The position numbers were made by a program, and so were the translations under genes. From assembly GCA_039621445.1 (NCBI GenBank), contig CP154954.1, positions 17,638,589 through 17,702,588 of the forward strand: DNA of 64,000 bases, read 5' to 3'. The notes below the pieces were generated by a model. It did no database searches. It worked only from the letters and a program-made list of their open reading frames with translations, and was not told the origin of the DNA. The first letter of the stretch is position 1. Each line of letters starts with the position of its first letter. This DNA comes from Euglena gracilis. Lineage: Eukaryota. Shown piece after piece: positions 61,901 to 64,000 of the stretch.

Positions 61901-64000
61901 GCGGCGGCAGCTCGGCGGCTTTTGGGTCCTTGGCCGCGGCTGCCGCCACCTCGCTTGTGAGGGTGGACACCTGCGCCTCCAGGAACCTGACCTGCTCCTT
62001 CAGCCAGGCGTTCTCGGCCTGCTGATACTGCAGCTGCTCCACCAGGCGCGGCGTCACCTCCACCGCCTTGCCTTGCGCCACAGCGGTCGCCTCCACCTTG
62101 GCGGTGAAGGCGGCCATCTGCACCTCGACGGCGTTGATCTACCCCTGCAGCTGGACGTTCTCGGCCCGCCACCGCTCCTTCTCCTGCAGCAGCTCCTGCA
62201 CGGCGGCCCTGAGGTGCGCCACCTTCACCAGCTCGGTGAGTCCACTCGTCGGCACACCGCTCTTCACCGCCAACACCGCGGCCGCGGCGTTGTCTTCCGC
62301 CACCTTCACCTTCGCCCGCATCCTTCTGAGATCTTCACCGAAGTCTCCGAGCACGTCGTGGGTGTACTTCTTCACTCTTGTCATCCGCTCCTCCGCCGTG
62401 GCCACCATGGGCATGAGCTTGTGGAGTTGTGATATTCATTGATGTAGTCTGACGATTTCGTCCTTCACCTTCACCACATTCTGCATCAGGTCCACGTGGG
62501 CCCCTTCTTGGGCCGCCATTCTTGGGCGCCTTTTCCTCAGCTCTTGCACCGTCCTTGCTCGTCCACCTTGTCCTTCACGGCGGGAGCCATTTGCACGGCC
62601 GCCCAGCTGTCCCACATCCCCTTCGCCTTGGAGCCGATGAAGTCGACGCTGTTGCAGAGGCGGTCCATCCACATCTGCAACGCAGCGCATGCACCCTCCC
62701 ACTCGGGGGGACCCTGCATGACCTCGTCCGGCTTCTCTTCGACGTCGTACATCTCGCTCTGGTCTCCGGCCGCCAGCCACACCTCGTCGTCATCACGAGG
62801 ACCTTCTCCCTGGCGTTGTTGATCACTTTCTCCTTCTCCCTCACCTCCGTCATCTCCTTCGTCGTCGGAGAGGCCCAGCCCCGGCACCTTGTGCGGCCGG
62901 ACCGATGATTGTGGGGTGCGGAAATGCGGGTGCACGGCGGTGGTGCTCGGGTGTTCGCTGGGGGACCGGTAGGGAGGCGGCACTCCCACCGGTGCGGCGA
63001 TGGCTTAGCTGGACGACGACGCCATCTGCGACGGCGAGGGCCCCGCCACCGGCACAGGTGGCAGAGCAGACGGCATGGACGGATGCACGGATGGGATCAG
63101 ACCAGCCACGGGGACGGGGATCCCGTCTCGGCCCTCGGACTCGCCAGGGCCCAGCTCGTGGGCGGGGTGATAAGTGATGGCCCGCATGCCCTCATCAGGG
63201 CTCCTCGGTGGCCCGAGGCTGGGCACGGGCACCGGCAGGCCTGCGAAGGCCCGCTCACTCTGCAGCTCCTGGACGCCCCACAGGTAGGGCACCTCGGACA
63301 GGAACGGGAACGGGAAGGGCAGAAAAAGGATCAGCTGGGGGAACGGTGGGGCCCCGGGGAAATCTGAGAGGGTGGGGCCCCGGGTGGTCGCCAGGGGGTC
63401 GGGTCCCAGCTCCTGGGCTGGGCTGATTTCGGGAACAGGAGGGGGACTTGGGACGAGTCTCGAGGGCTATCGACTAGGGACACGGATTGGAGGGGGATGA
63501 GTGGGAGTTGGGGTGGGGCTGGGAGCGCGGGAAACGGGGATTGTGGGGATGGGAGTGGGGATGGGGCAAGGGATCGGGGGGTCCTTTTCGAGGTGTTTTC
63601 TTGCGCTTCCTGAGGGTTATCGGAAAGACTTGCGGTGGGGGCTACCACTTCGGAGTCCGCCGCAAGGGTTGGGATCTGTGTCCCAAGGGTCTGTGTCCCG
63701 GTGGGCTGTAGCCTCTTCATTTGTGGAAAATTCTGGGGAGGTGTGTACGCTTTGCATTTCAAAAAGAAGGCACTCGAGAAAATGGCCTTTAATGGAAAAC
63801 GTAGAAGGAACAAGCTTCTGCTACCAGTTTTCCCCTCTCGCCGGTTCGGTGACCGTGCGCGGAATGGGCTCCCGGGCGGCCGAGTGGGGGAAAAACGTCA
63901 CCCGACGCTCCGGTAAAAAATAGGCACACGCGCCCCAAAAATTCCCTTTCTTTGTGTCTTTCGGTCCCTGAATTAAGCCAGACCCTGGGTTCCGGCAGCC
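58975..64000 (-). mobile_element. truncated LTR-type retroelement, copy 2: PBS-gag-C5 DNA methyltransferase
   Basis: 59847-64000 is colinear and highly similar to 49936-54120. It contains the extra methyltransferase cassette and runs off the window end. Confidence 0.82.
59000..59568 (-). CDS. C5 cytosine DNA methyltransferase (compact, virus-like) within the retroelement
   Basis: Reading upstream of ORF 58942..59526 in frame gives PKRWELDLFSGTGSVK (motif I), then VVSVD (II), FELVAASPPCTEYS (IV, catalytic PC), LENP (VI), VDYC...WGYRKPTRFW (VIII-like). An in-frame TGA lies just upstream (~59572-59574), so this copy is probably disabled. Confidence 0.92.

Overview
Repeat-rich eukaryotic DNA, most consistent with a euglenid/euglenozoan protist (inferred from GC-rich GT-AG exons and single-hairpin AGA-box snoRNA-like elements). 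(1) Three in-frame exons of a CLPTM1-family gene at 1.5-4.0 kb, with introns holding hAT-type MITEs and a CA microsatellite. (2) A ~24-kb tandem array of about 23 copies of an ~895-bp unit at 6.5-30.8 kb. Its many ORFs are artefacts. Each unit carries two well-formed box C/D snoRNA-like genes and one or two single-hairpin AGA-box guide RNA candidates, and four hAT insertions interrupt only the edge units. (3) Three 3' exons of a FadJ/HADHA-type fatty-acid oxidation enzyme at 31-33 kb. (4) A nest of DIRS tyrosine-recombinase retrotransposons at 36-47.7 kb: one near-complete element with ITRs, ICR, RT, RNase H, Dam-like methylase and YR is inserted precisely into the YR gene of another. (5) Two truncated copies of a Gag-protease LTR-type retroelement with a tRNA-iMet PBS at 49-64 kb. 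One encodes a compact, virus-like C5 cytosine methyltransferase between Gag and protease, and the other has lost that ~850-bp cassette cleanly. All calls are by eye; no database searches were run.
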